From contig JBMNLX010000002.1 in NCBI GenBank assembly GCA_050953085.1, positions 9,866-73,865 of the forward strand: a stretch of 64,000 nt of DNA, written 5' to 3'. The position numbers and the translations under genes are program-made. This DNA is from Bacilli bacterium. GTDB taxonomy: Bacteria; Bacillota_I; Bacilli_A; ML615J-28; CAG-698. Positions 27,135 through 37,425 of this stretch are shown piece by piece (position 1 is the first letter of the stretch; each line of letters starts with the position of its first letter). The notes under the pieces are model-generated. The model was given only the letters and a program-made list of their open reading frames with translations, made no database searches and was not told the DNA's origin.

Positions 27135-29610
27135 ATATGTCGTATTTGCTTAGGATTTGCGCGGGCGTTTTCCGCAGGAGCGAAAACACCGGGAGCATGC
27201 CGGTAACGGTATTTACGAGAAAGATAAAAATCATGCTCAAAGGCGGGATATGCCAGGGGAAGTAAATGAGCTCGAACGGCTTAGCCAAGGCGTTAATTCG
27301 ATTGACGATATAGGTCGTCGCGAGAACGCCGAACGTGGAAGTCGCCAGAGTCAGGACGACGATTTCCGAGAAAAATAAGCGGTACACGTTCGACTTTTTA
27401 ATTCCCAAAGCCCGGTAAACGCCGACTTCGTAAACGCGGCGAATCAAGCTCGAGCGCATGAGAAAGTAAATAAAGAAGAGCGACGCCGCGAAGATCACGA
27501 GAGAGAAGATATAACGCCTGACGGAAAAGTTTTGCGCGTAATGCGCCCGGTATAAAACGCGGTAAACATCCTTCCCCGCGAGGCCGTTGTCCTTCAGTTT
27601 CGCGATCATCGCTTCCTTGTCCGTAGCGAAAACGACGGGGTTTTGGCTGGAGTATTTGGGCAATTTCCCTAGACTGTAATAAAAGAGGTTTTCAATGTTC
27701 TCGCTCGCCAAAATCGCCTCCTCTCCTCCCGTTGTGTTGAAAAAGCCGACGATCCGGTACTCCTTATCGTAAAGCACCGTCTCCGCCGCTTCTTGCCGGA
27801 GGGTGAGCAGCTGTTGGTAATAAAAATCGGAAACGATGATCTCGTCCCCCGCGAGTTCCGCGGGATCAAAATCCACGGTCGCGGGTTCGTCCTGGCCCCA
27901 ATCGGAAAGCGGATGGTAGAAGGCGATATCCGCGTTTTCCGCGGCGCGGATGTAAGTCGAGCGCGTAAAATGATAAAAAATCATCAATTCCCGGTAATCG
28001 ATCGTCCGCAGGTAAACATTCGGGTTGCCCGTGTCGACGATTCCGACGATTTTCCCGCCGACGGTCGTATGCGAATCGTCGAAATAATAATACTCCATGT
28101 CGAGAAACTGCTCGGGATAACGGATCCCGCTCGCGACGAACATTGCGTCCTCTAACGCTAAATCGATTAAGTACTTATCGATTACCGCCTCGTACGGGGC
28201 CTCCGGCAACCGGCCGTACAGTAGCTTCTCCTCCATGTCGTAGAGTTCCATCGGCAGGAAGGAATTATCGCCAATCGACCCGCCGACGGGGTATTGCGAG
28301 AACCACTGGAGATCGACTTCCCGGACGCCGATCTGGCTATGGGGACCGAGGATGTAGTCGACGCCCAACTTTTCCTTAAGCTCGCGATAATCGTCCGGCT
28401 CGTAGCCGTCGGCGCCGATTATCTCGACGAGATTACGGTTGTCTTTCAGAAAATCAGACTCCTCGACCCGGAACGAGGAAAAGAACACCGTCATCGCGTA
28501 AACGACCATTACCGCCGCGAAGATCAAAATCAAAAGCAGGAACCGCTGGCCGCGGCGCAAGCGCCCGAGCCCGGAAAGCGCCATCTTAAAGGTGTCGCGA
28601 TATCTCACGGCGGCGCGCGCCGGTTTTCCCCCGTCCTTAATCGGCGGCAGGTGATAATCGAAATCGTATAAATCCGCCTGTCTTACCACCGGCCGCGGCG
28701 CGTCGATAACCTTCACCTCGCCGTGGGCGTCGATGACCTTGATCTCGATTTTTTCGGCGCCCGCGCCCTGGATGTAATAAGCGCCGTTATGATGGATTAA
28801 TTTAAGCGCAAGCGGCGCCGGGCGCTCGCCGTAATAATAATCGATCTTAAGGCTCCCGGCGTTAATCTCTTCGTGTTTTAACTCCGGCAAGTAGATGTTG
28901 CGATCGTCTTGAGCGGTTAGCTCGCCGCCGCCCGCGTTCTCGCGGATGTCGGTAATCTTTCCGTCCCTGAGTTCGATAATCTCGTCGCCGTAAAACTCGG
29001 CCAGCCGCCGCTCGTGCGTCACCAACACGACAAGACATTCGGCCGATATTTTTTTGATGATGTTCATAATCTGCGTCTTGTTCCGCTCGTCGAGATTTCC
29101 GGTCGGCTCGTCGGCGACGACGACTTCCGGGCTTTTTACGAGCGCGCGGGCGATCGCCGCCCGTTGTTGCTGGCCGCCGGAAAGCTGATAGGGTTTGCGT
29201 TTCCGGTATTTGAACATCCCGACCGCGGTCAAGGCGTATTCGATGCGCCGGTCGATCTCCTCCCGCGGCAGGTCGAAAATCTTGAGGACAAACTCAAGAT
29301 TCTGATAAATCGTGAGTTCGGGAAGGAGATAGTAGTTTTGAAACACGTAACCGAAATGGCGGCTGCGAATCAAATCCCAGGGGCGCGAGCGATAACCGCG
29401 CATTTCCTTGTCCTTAAACGCGACCGTTCCCTTGCTCGGCTTGTCAAGGCCGCCGATAATGTTTAAAAGCGTCGTCTTCCCGCAGCCCGACGGTCCCAAA
29501 AGGCAGACAAGACCGGTCTTGGGGAAGCTGTAGTTGACGTCGTCGACGGCGTGGATTTCGTTGTTTTGGCCTTTATTATAATATTTATGCAGGTTGGTTA
29601 CTTTAATCAT
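27133..29610 (-). CDS. fused ABC ATPase / FtsX-type (MacB-like) permease
   Basis: [17 protein letters not shown] and DEPTGNLD motifs. These are followed by one TM, a long extracytoplasmic region, and a C-terminal 3-TM FtsX bundle. Confidence 0.85.
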   Translation of the reverse strand: MIKVTNLHKYYNKGQNNEIHAVDDVNYSFPKTGLVCLLGPSGCGKTTLLNIIGGLDKPSKGTVAFKDKEMRGYRSRPWDLIRSRHFGYVFQNYYLLPELTIYQNLEFVLKIFDLPREEIDRRIEYALTAVGMFKYRKRKPYQLSGGQQQRAAIARALVKSPEVVVADEPTGNLDERNKTQIMNIIKKISAECLVVLVTHERRLAEFYGDEIIELRDGKITDIRENAGGGELTAQDDRNIYLPELKHEEINAGSLKIDYYYGERPAPLALKLIHHNGAYYIQGAGAEKIEIKVIDAHGEVKVIDAPRPVVRQADLYDFDYHLPPIKDGGKPARAAVRYRDTFKMALSGLGRLRRGQRFLLLILIFAAVMVVYAMTVFFSSFRVEESDFLKDNRNLVEIIGADGYEPDDYRELKEKLGVDYILGPHSQIGVREVDLQWFSQYPVGGSIGDNSFLPMELYDMEEKLLYGRLPEAPYEAVIDKYLIDLALEDAMFVASGIRYPEQFLDMEYYYFDDSHTTVGGKIVGIVDTGNPNVYLRTIDYRELMIFYHFTRSTYIRAAENADIAFYHPLSDWGQDEPATVDFDPAELAGDEIIVSDFYYQQLLTLRQEAAETVLYDKEYRIVGFFNTTGGEEAILASENIENLFYYSLGKLPKYSSQNPVVFATDKEAMIAKLKDNGLAGKDVYRVLYRAHYAQNFSVRRYIFSLVIFAASLFFIYFLMRSSLIRRVYEVGVYRALGIKKSNVYRLFFSEIVVLTLATSTFGVLATTYIVNRINALAKPFELIYFPWHIPPLSMIFIFLVNTVTGMLPVFSLLRKTPAQILSKYDI

Positions 29611-29611
29611 C

Positions 29612-31726
29612 TTACTCGTCCCCTTTCAATTCGCTAAACAAATTGCGCTTGGCGATATATTTATTAAAGCGGTAGGCGATGAGAAAAATCAAAACCGCGT
29701 CGATTACGACAAGCGTCAGGTAATCGCGGAACCCCATCTTGGAGAAAAGCGCGGCGAGTTCCGAGTGGATGCTCGGCATCGCGATGACGAGCGCCGTCAT
29801 TAAGGCGTATGCGAAGGCGAGGTTGATTAAAAGCTCGAGCAAGATAATCAAAATGATCCGCCCGCGGGGTAAGCCGAGAATCCTGAAGATCGCGTAATCG
29901 CGTTTTTTGCTTAGAAGAATCGCGCGAATAATCACATAGGTTAGAATAAATATAACGAACAAGTTCACCGCGATCCCGAAGAAGCCGAAAATCGCGAGCG
30001 GAATCGATATCAGCCGGTAGATAGGGTCTGACCGGGCCGGCGACATCGCGTAATAACCGAGGTTGTAAAGTTTATTGATCGCGGAATCGGCTTTGTCGGG
30101 ATCCTTGAGATTGACGGTATATTGGTATTGCTCGGGAATCCTTAGCTCTTCGAAAAACTCGGGGCTGATATAGATTACGTAATACTCGCCGCCCGGTTTC
30201 GGTTTTCTCTCCATTTTTTGGCCGGCGATATACAAATCCGCGCCTTCAAAAAAATCGTCGTTCATCGCGGCCTCATAGCCCTCGAGGTTTTCGTCGACGA
30301 CGAGGGAAAATTTTTCGTAATTATACGAGCGCTCGTCTTCGACAAATATTATCTCATAACCTGCTTGGGAGACCTTGAGAATCTCGTTCAGCCGCTCGCG
30401 GTCGGCGGCGCTGATAACCGCCTCGGGACCTTCTTTCGGCGCGAGATATACTCCCACCACTTTGTAATTTTCCGCGAGCGGATAGGCGTCGCTCGCGTAG
30501 CGGACGCTTACGTAACTATCCAAAAGCGCGGGGATCTTATCGACATCCTCCTCGTCAACATACATAGACAAAAGTATCTCGCCGGCTTTCTCCGGCATCC
30601 GGCCGCGGAGACGCGAGCCCTTAAACTCGGAAACAAAATTAAACCTTCCAAACCTGAGCTGCGGGTAGCCGCCGAGTTCGTAGGTAATCTCAAACGCTAA
30701 ATCGACGACCATGTCTTCCTCGATTACCGACGCGACGTCGGACACGCCCAAGATTTTCTCCTTGTCGGCGGCGGTTAGCGCCCCCCGATCCTTTCGGACG
30801 ACAAGAAGCCTTTCCGGGTAATCGTTAACCGGATAAATATAATGAACGCCATCGTCGTACTCTACGGACACGGTAAGAAGATAGCCGCCGAGCGAGGTGA
30901 ACGTGAAAAAGACCATGGCGAGGATGACGAGGAACGTAAATATTGTTTTCTTCGGTTGTCCCAAAAGCCCCATGAAAGAGAGCGAAAGCGCTTGGCGGGC
31001 GGGGGAAACGCGAATCTCCTCCCGTTCCTCCGGCAAGGGGAGTTCCCGTCTCTCAAATATCGCGTCCTCGACAATCTCGCCGTCAAAAAGACGAATCTTT
31101 CGGGTGGCGTAAGCCGCGACGGCCTCGTAATCATGGGTCACGACGATGACGAGCCGCTCTTGGGAGATTTCGTGCAGGAGCTTGAAGATTTCCGCGCCGC
31201 TTTTGGAGTCTAGATTTCCCGTCGGTTCGTCGGCGACGATGACCGGCGTGTTCTTGGCGAGGGCGCGGGCGATCGCCAGACGTTGTTTTTGCCCGCCGGA
31301 AAGGCGAGCGGCGCGGTGACGGATATGACTTTCGAGCCCGACGCGGCGGATGATCTCCAAAGCTCGCCGCCGGCGCGTCTTGCGATCGACGCCTTGGATC
31401 ACGAGCGACGCCTCGACGTTTTTCAAAACGGTAAAGCTGTCGATCAAGTTATAATTTTGAAAAATAAAACCGATTTTATCGCGGCGGTACTCTTCCCAGT
31501 CGCGGGCGTCGTAATAAGAAGTCTCTTTCCCCGCCACGTACATTTCCCCGTCCTCGTAACTGTCGACGCCGCTGATGACGTTTAAAAGCGTCGTCTTCCC
31601 GCTCCCCGACTCGCCCGTGATAACGGCGAACTCGCCGAGACGGAAATGGAGATTGACGTTGCGCAGGCCGAGAGTCACTATCCCCTCGTTATGATAGTAC
31701 TTCGAGATGTTTTCCAGTCTGATCAT
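29612..31726 (-). CDS. fused ABC ATPase / FtsX-type (MacB-like) permease, paralog
   Basis: GESGSGKTT, LSGGQKQR and DEPTGNLD motifs. Same topology as its neighbour. Confidence 0.85.
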   Translation of the reverse strand: MIRLENISKYYHNEGIVTLGLRNVNLHFRLGEFAVITGESGSGKTTLLNVISGVDSYEDGEMYVAGKETSYYDARDWEEYRRDKIGFIFQNYNLIDSFTVLKNVEASLVIQGVDRKTRRRRALEIIRRVGLESHIRHRAARLSGGQKQRLAIARALAKNTPVIVADEPTGNLDSKSGAEIFKLLHEISQERLVIVVTHDYEAVAAYATRKIRLFDGEIVEDAIFERRELPLPEEREEIRVSPARQALSLSFMGLLGQPKKTIFTFLVILAMVFFTFTSLGGYLLTVSVEYDDGVHYIYPVNDYPERLLVVRKDRGALTAADKEKILGVSDVASVIEEDMVVDLAFEITYELGGYPQLRFGRFNFVSEFKGSRLRGRMPEKAGEILLSMYVDEEDVDKIPALLDSYVSVRYASDAYPLAENYKVVGVYLAPKEGPEAVISAADRERLNEILKVSQAGYEIIFVEDERSYNYEKFSLVVDENLEGYEAAMNDDFFEGADLYIAGQKMERKPKPGGEYYVIYISPEFFEELRIPEQYQYTVNLKDPDKADSAINKLYNLGYYAMSPARSDPIYRLISIPLAIFGFFGIAVNLFVIFILTYVIIRAILLSKKRDYAIFRILGLPRGRIILIILLELLINLAFAYALMTALVIAMPSIHSELAALFSKMGFRDYLTLVVIDAVLIFLIAYRFNKYIAKRNLFSELKGDE

Positions 31727-31824
31727 AAAAAGCCCTTTCCTTTTCGATATTAAATAAATTTAAAATCATCAATATTTTACCATTAGCCGCCGCCTTTGTA
31801 AATAAAAATCGCCGCATTTCCCTG

Positions 31825-32547
31825 TTAAGCCCCGAAAAGCGAGGAAAAAACGCGGCGAAGCGGGTTGTTGAAGTAAAAATAGCGGCCCGGGGAAAGCGCC
31901 TCGGCGCCCGCGCGCAAATCGCGAAGCAAAAACGCGTTAACCGCCGGGATGAGCCCCGCGAGAACCGATAAGGCGATCATCAAAAGCGAGACGACGATCG
32001 CCGCCTTCGCGAGCGAAAACAAGGCGCCGCCGAGACTGTTTATCCAGCCCAAAAATCCGAACGAAAGAACGTCGTCGACGACGCCCGCGATGAGTCTCAC
32101 GGTTAGAATAAAAAAACAAAATAAAAATAAAAACCCGGCAAAGTAAAGCGCCGCCTCCGCGACCGGGGCCGCCAAAGCCTGGGCGAGAGTCGCTTCCGGA
32201 CTCGGAGCGACGACGCCCGCGCGCCGGATGATAAAATCCCCGATAAAGCCCGGCAAGCCCAACTCGCCGAGCGCCGCGCCGATCTGAGCGCCGGAATCGA
32301 CGCGGTCGAGCGCCGCCGCGAAAACGGGCGAGCGCGCCGCGAGATAAGCGGCCGTTTTTTCCTCAAGCAAAGAATAAAGGACGGTGCCGTTAAGATAGCG
32401 GGCGAAAGGCCCGGCGAAAAGAGCCGCGAGCGTCAGCGCCAAAAACCAATTGGCGAAGGCGAAGATTTGCTTCGCGAGGCCGGCCGAAAACCCGCGGACG
32501 ATCGCGAAAGAAAAAATGACGATAACGCAAAAATCAATAATTCCCAT
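31825..32547 (-). CDS. CvpA family membrane protein
   Basis: MGIIDFCVIVIFSFAIVRGFSAG... CvpA-like N-terminus with 4-5 TM segments. Confidence 0.6.
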   Translation of the reverse strand: MGIIDFCVIVIFSFAIVRGFSAGLAKQIFAFANWFLALTLAALFAGPFARYLNGTVLYSLLEEKTAAYLAARSPVFAAALDRVDSGAQIGAALGELGLPGFIGDFIIRRAGVVAPSPEATLAQALAAPVAEAALYFAGFLFLFCFFILTVRLIAGVVDDVLSFGFLGWINSLGGALFSLAKAAIVVSLLMIALSVLAGLIPAVNAFLLRDLRAGAEALSPGRYFYFNNPLRRVFSSLFGA

Positions 32548-32641
32548 TATTCCACCCCGGATACGACGGTTTCTCTTTATATCTTGAACCGCCGAGAAAA
32601 AATTATCATAAAACGGGGATGAAAATAATGGGAATCTTTAT

Positions 32642-33379
32642 TTAAGAGAATATCCCGTCAAGGGAAAAAGTTCCTTTAAAAATCTCAATCAACGGGTTGC
32701 GTTCGTAGAAATATTTCCCGATCCCGAATCCCGCTGACTCGAGTCTTAAATCCGCGACTAAAAATTCGTTCAATGACGGGATGACCCCGCTTAAGACCGA
32801 GACCAAAAGCATAAGGACGCTGATCATGATAAACGCCTTCACAAGGCCCAACCCCGCGCCCAGAATCCGGTTCACGAACCCCAAAACGCCTTTTTCGAAA
32901 AGTTTGCTGAAGAGGGAGATAATGATTTTAAAGACGATCATGAAAAAGACGATGATCATGATAACGGCCAAAACGGTCACGATAATATTAGAAAACGCGG
33001 GGGCGAGAACTTCCGAAAGCGTGAGTCCCTCCGGCGCGTCGGCGATATTTATGCCGTCGGAGATCAGCGAGGCGAGAAACTTCGGCAGGCCGAGCTCGCT
33101 GATCGCCTCCGTGAGCTGTTCCCGGTAACCCTCGTAAGCGAAAGGCTGGCTGAAAGCATCGCCTTTCGAGGCTATCCAGGTCGCGACTTTTTCGTTGATG
33201 CGGTCGTAAATCGCGGTCTTCATCAATAACCGCGAGACCGGTTTGGTAAGAATAAAAGGCGCCACCAGAGACAAAAGCCAATTGGCGGTCGAGAGCGCTC
33301 CCTTAACGAATCCTTTAAAAAAGCCCAACAACACAAATATTAAAGTCAAGGCGATAATCGCCAAATCAATTTTTCCCAT
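32642..33379 (-). CDS. CvpA family membrane protein, paralog
   Basis: MGKIDLAIIALTLIFVLLGFFKGF... Same architecture and C-terminal motif (YFYxxNPL) as 31825-32547. Confidence 0.6.
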   Translation of the reverse strand: MGKIDLAIIALTLIFVLLGFFKGFVKGALSTANWLLSLVAPFILTKPVSRLLMKTAIYDRINEKVATWIASKGDAFSQPFAYEGYREQLTEAISELGLPKFLASLISDGINIADAPEGLTLSEVLAPAFSNIIVTVLAVIMIIVFFMIVFKIIISLFSKLFEKGVLGFVNRILGAGLGLVKAFIMISVLMLLVSVLSGVIPSLNEFLVADLRLESAGFGIGKYFYERNPLIEIFKGTFSLDGIFS

Positions 33380-33394
33380 AAAATTCTCCTCGTA

Positions 33395-33973
33395 TTACTT
33401 CTTTTTTTTGCTTAATAGTATCAAGTAGCGAACCAAATATTTATCAACGAGATTGGGTTTCTCCGGATGCCGGCTGCCGGCGATCAAAAGATATATCAAA
33501 AGACAGGCGAGTCCGTAAAAAATAATACCCACGATAATAAAAGCGATATCGACCAATAGTTCGACGGATAGAAGCAAAACCGCCCCCAGGATATATTTCC
33601 AAAAATTTTTCCGGAAATAAGCTTTCCTATCGGTCCTCACAAAAAGGGTGATCGTTGGCGTCGCGATAAAAACCAAGAAAATCACAATCAACACCATAAA
33701 GCGGGGAAAAATAACCGTCAGGACAGCGAGCGTAAGCAGCCCCGCCGCCGCCGCGAACGCCGCCGCGCGGTTGTTAAGAATGGCTCCCTCCAGATTCGAC
33801 CTCAAGGCGAGGATAAAAATATAAACGGCGGCGCCGGTTAAATATAAGGCAAGAATAACGGAAAATATCCTGATAAAATCCAAGCCGGGAAGAACGACGA
33901 AAAAAGTGCCGACGGCGAGCAATATTAAAATCATGATAACGACAGCGAAATTTTTCTTCAAATACAACCACAT
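33395..33973 (-). CDS. hypothetical multi-pass membrane protein
   Basis: Open frame that is strongly hydrophobic throughout. Confidence 0.45.
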   Translation of the reverse strand: MWLYLKKNFAVVIMILILLAVGTFFVVLPGLDFIRIFSVILALYLTGAAVYIFILALRSNLEGAILNNRAAAFAAAAGLLTLAVLTVIFPRFMVLIVIFLVFIATPTITLFVRTDRKAYFRKNFWKYILGAVLLLSVELLVDIAFIIVGIIFYGLACLLIYLLIAGSRHPEKPNLVDKYLVRYLILLSKKKK

Positions 33974-34001
33974 AATTTTACCTCCGTGTCAAGCGCGCCG
34001 C

Positions 34002-34664
34002 TCAAAAAATATCCATGCCGTCCTCTCTTTCCGCCGCCGCCTTCTCCAAAACCTCATAAATATTGAACTTATCCGACTTTTCCAGGAACAATAGATTCAA
34101 ATACAAATAAGGGCAGAATGTCGCGGCGAGAACAATTTGAAACAGACTGCTAATGCCGTAGTTAATCAGAATCAACACGTTAAATGCCAAAACGACGAGA
34201 AAAGCGATCAGGCTTTTGATAAAGACGGCGCGGTCAATCTTCGAGTAAGTAAATACAAAGACCAGGAGGGTCACGGCGCAGGAAACGGCCGACACCCGCG
34301 CCAGGATATTATGAAGTTTTCCCGCGATCGGGAACATCGTCGGCGCGAAAGGCAAAAACACCGTCACCAAAATCGAAAGGCAGCTTAGCGCCAAATTGAT
34401 CTGGAAAAAAATATTTTTCTCCCCGGTAAGTTGATAGAGATAGCTTAGGAAGAAAAAATAATATAGGCTGAGCATTATTCCCCAGAAAATAAGCGATTCG
34501 ATCGCGCCGTAACGGGAGCCGATTTGCGAAAAGGTGACGATAATCAAGTCGCCGCCCGGACCGTTAAGGGCGAACAAATAACTGTATGCGGGAATAATTA
34601 AAAAACCGAAAATCCCGAAAAAAACTTTTTTATAATAATGCTTTTTTCGATAATCCACGCTCAT
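34002..34664 (-). CDS. hypothetical multi-pass membrane protein
   Basis: Open hydrophobic frame. Its ATG overlaps the cca stop (ATGA). Confidence 0.45.
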   Translation of the reverse strand: MSVDYRKKHYYKKVFFGIFGFLIIPAYSYLFALNGPGGDLIIVTFSQIGSRYGAIESLIFWGIMLSLYYFFFLSYLYQLTGEKNIFFQINLALSCLSILVTVFLPFAPTMFPIAGKLHNILARVSAVSCAVTLLVFVFTYSKIDRAVFIKSLIAFLVVLAFNVLILINYGISSLFQIVLAATFCPYLYLNLLFLEKSDKFNIYEVLEKAAAEREDGMDIF

Positions 34665-35857
34665 CCCTCCTTTTTTATTTCTCCGGCCCGCTTTAAGAGC
34701 GCCTCCCGGCGATTGGGGAGTTTGCCGAGGGCGACCTCGGATAAGATCCGCTCCAAAGCCAGGCGGACCCCGACTCCCTCCTTAAAACCGATCGCGAGCA
34801 AATCGCGGCCGCCGATCTTCAAATCCTTAAGCCGAAAACACTCGCGCTCGCGGTAAAGGCGCATAAGCCCCTCCCGCGCCGCCGCGTCTTCCGCGCGCGG
34901 GGAATAAGCAGCGCGCAAATCAATAAGATCGATTAAATCCCGATAATCGTAACGCAACAGGAGCGAAACGAGCCGCTCTTCTTCTCCCGATAACTCCAGG
35001 GAAAAATTATCGACCAAAAAGCCGGTTTTCTTAACCGCGGCGCGGCTGTATTTAAGCCGGCGCATTACCGCGGGCGCGGACGCGCCGAGCGGCAGGAAAA
35101 AAGCCGCGAGCCGGAGATGAAAACCCTCCAGGCGCTTTAGCGCCGCCAAATGGGGCGCGGGATCGAGGGCGCGGTATTCGGGGATAAAAACGCGTATGAC
35201 GGGAAAATAGGCGCCGGTAATCGCGGCCGCCGCGGGCGCGGCGAGCAGTTTATTCAACTCAATATTTATCCGTTCGGCGGAAACTTTCGCGATTAAGCCG
35301 GCGTGGGCCAAAACGGCCGCCGCGGTCGAGGGCTCGATCGTAAACCCGAGTTCCGCCGCGAATCTCAAGGCTCTTAAAATCCTTAAAGGATCCTCGGTAA
35401 AGCGTTCCTCGGGGTCGCCGATCGCCCGGATGATTTTACTCTTGAGATCGGCGATTCCTCCCACGCGGTCGATAATCTTTCTATTATAGGCGAGGGCGTT
35501 AATGGTGAAATCGCGGCGCTTAAGGTCGGTATCAAGATCGCGGACAAACGTCACCTTTTTCGGATGGCGGAAATCCTCGTAATCCTCCTCGCTCCGGTAA
35601 GTCGTGATTTCAAGCATTTTTCTCTCGATCATCACGCTCACGGTGCCGTGCTTAATGCCGGTATCGAAAACGCGGTAACTGGCAAAAACCTCCCTAACTT
35701 CGTCGGGACGGGCGTTTGTCGAGACGTCATAGTCGTTCGGTTCCTTGTTCAGGAGATAATCGCGGACGGCGCCGCCGACCACGTACGCCTCGTAGCCCCC
35801 GCTTTCCAATTTATCCAGCGCTTTTTGCACGTATGACGGCAATCTCATCATTTTCAC
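34661..35857 (-). CDS. cca: CCA-adding tRNA nucleotidyltransferase
   Basis: GGAVRD...DYD polymerase-beta-type head motif. RRDFTINA. Confidence 0.9.
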   Translation of the reverse strand: MKMMRLPSYVQKALDKLESGGYEAYVVGGAVRDYLLNKEPNDYDVSTNARPDEVREVFASYRVFDTGIKHGTVSVMIERKMLEITTYRSEEDYEDFRHPKKVTFVRDLDTDLKRRDFTINALAYNRKIIDRVGGIADLKSKIIRAIGDPEERFTEDPLRILRALRFAAELGFTIEPSTAAAVLAHAGLIAKVSAERINIELNKLLAAPAAAAITGAYFPVIRVFIPEYRALDPAPHLAALKRLEGFHLRLAAFFLPLGASAPAVMRRLKYSRAAVKKTGFLVDNFSLELSGEEERLVSLLLRYDYRDLIDLIDLRAAYSPRAEDAAAREGLMRLYRERECFRLKDLKIGGRDLLAIGFKEGVGVRLALERILSEVALGKLPNRREALLKRAGEIKKEG

Positions 35858-35995
35858 CCATTCTTTATATATATTTTATCACATTTTTATCTTCTTTTAA
35901 ATAAATATCTGCATTTTTCCGGAAATCGCAACGCCGCAAAAATTACCTTTCCGAGCGGGCGTTACCGAAAAAGAGCGAATCATGAAAATTTCCCG

Positions 35996-36057
35996 ATTGA
36001 AGCGAAAGGCTTTTTATGGTATAATATTTAAGTGGTTTTTGCCGGGGACCCGGCAAA
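35996..36057 (+). promoter_or_regulatory. mgtE promoter (TTGAAG-17-TGgTATAAT) and 9-bp 5'-UTR hairpin
   Basis: -35 at 35996-36001 and -10 at 36019-36024. TTTTGCCGG-ggac-CCGGCAAAA at 36036-36057. Confidence 0.6.
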
Positions 36058-36074
36058 ACTAAAAGGTGATGACA

Positions 36075-37416
36075 ATGAAAAAAACGACGGATCTCATCAA
36101 GAAGCTTAATCAAACGCCGAGACAAGGCCATCGCCGGGAAGACCGGGAACTTGCATCCGTACGACTTCGCGCGGGTATTTCCCGCGCTTAAAGAGACGGA
36201 GCGCCGGTTCTTATACGATAATCTCCCGGCGGAAAGACTGGCCGATATTTTGTCATACCTTGACACCGGAAAAACGATCGCCTGCCTGAAAGAGATTGGC
36301 ATCGACAAAAGCATCCCGATTCTCGAGAAAATGGCGAGCGACGACATCACCGATATCTTAAACGAAATCGAAGACGAGGACTTCCGCGCCATTCTCGGCC
36401 GCTTCAGCCGGGAGTCGCAAGCGGAACTCGCTTATCTGCGCAAATATAAAGAGGATCAGGTCGGCGCCGTGATGACAACGAATTATATCGCCGTCGAGAG
36501 CGATCTTGACGTCAAGGACGCGATGAAGATCCTAATCCGCGAATCCGAAGACAGCGAAACGATCGACCCGGTCTACGTCACCGAAAACGGGAAGCTGATC
36601 GGCTTTATCAAACTCGTCGATTTAATCATCGCCCGCAGCCCGATAAAAATCGCCGAGCTCGCCGACGGAATGATCGTATCCGCGGAAGTTGAGGACAAGG
36701 CCGCCGACGCCGCCGCAAAAATGAACAATTACGGCCTTTCGGTCCTGCCGGTCGTCGAGGACGGAAAACTGGTCGGCATCGTTACCATTGACGACGCTTT
36801 GGACGTCGTCGAGAAAGAGGAAACGGAAACCTACGGCCAACTCGCCGCGGTCGCGATCGAGGAAGAGAGCCTTTTTAAGGGAACGCTTCGCCGCGTCCCG
36901 TGGCTTTCGTCGCTGCTCGCGCTCGGTTTTCTCCTATCCGGCCTAATCAGTTCCTTCGAGGGCGCGATCCGCCAGGTAACGGCCTTGGTATTCTTCCAGA
37001 CGATGATTCTCGACATGGTCGGGAATATCAGCACTCAGTCGCTTTCGGTCTCAATCCGCCATCTCGTGCGCGGCGACCTTAACACCCCCCGCAAAACCGC
37101 GAAACACCTTTTCAAGGAACTCCGGGTCGCGGTCATTAACGCGGCGGTCTGCGCGGTTCTCGCCTTCGCGGTAAGTTACGCCGTTCTCTCCGTTACAAAA
37201 ACCGAGGCCAAGGCGACGATCGCGCTTATCGTCTCGCTTTCGATTATGGCATCGCTTGTTTTCGGCGGGATGTTCGGCGCCGCCGTCCCGATTGTCTTCT
37301 CGCGACTGAAAATCGACCCGGCGCTCGCCTCGGGCCCGCTCATCATCACCTTAAACGACCTTTTCGCCACGGTAATCTATTTCGGCCTGGCGACCGCCCT
37401 GCTCAATTTGGTTTAG
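36075..37416 (+). CDS. mgtE: magnesium transporter MgtE, N-terminal ~12-25 codons in a different frame from the rest as assembled
   Basis: ATG 36075 with a GGTGAT RBS opens a 38-codon frame (stop at 36189-36191). The MgtE frame is open from 36079 but has no start before TTG 36151. CBS pair and ASGPLIITLND TM domain are present. Confidence 0.8.
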
Positions 37417-37425
37417 GAGGCAAGC

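Noticed and set aside
35858-36074. M-box (Mg2+) riboswitch upstream of mgtE
   Set aside because: The 5' UTR from the predicted start site is only about 40 nt, with a single 9-bp hairpin. That is far too short, and it lacks M-box conserved elements.
35943-36392. 149-codon minus-strand ORF across the mgtE promoter and 5' end
   Set aside because: It lies antisense to a clear mgtE coding region and promoter, has no RBS, and its translation is Ser/Arg-rich and not protein-like.
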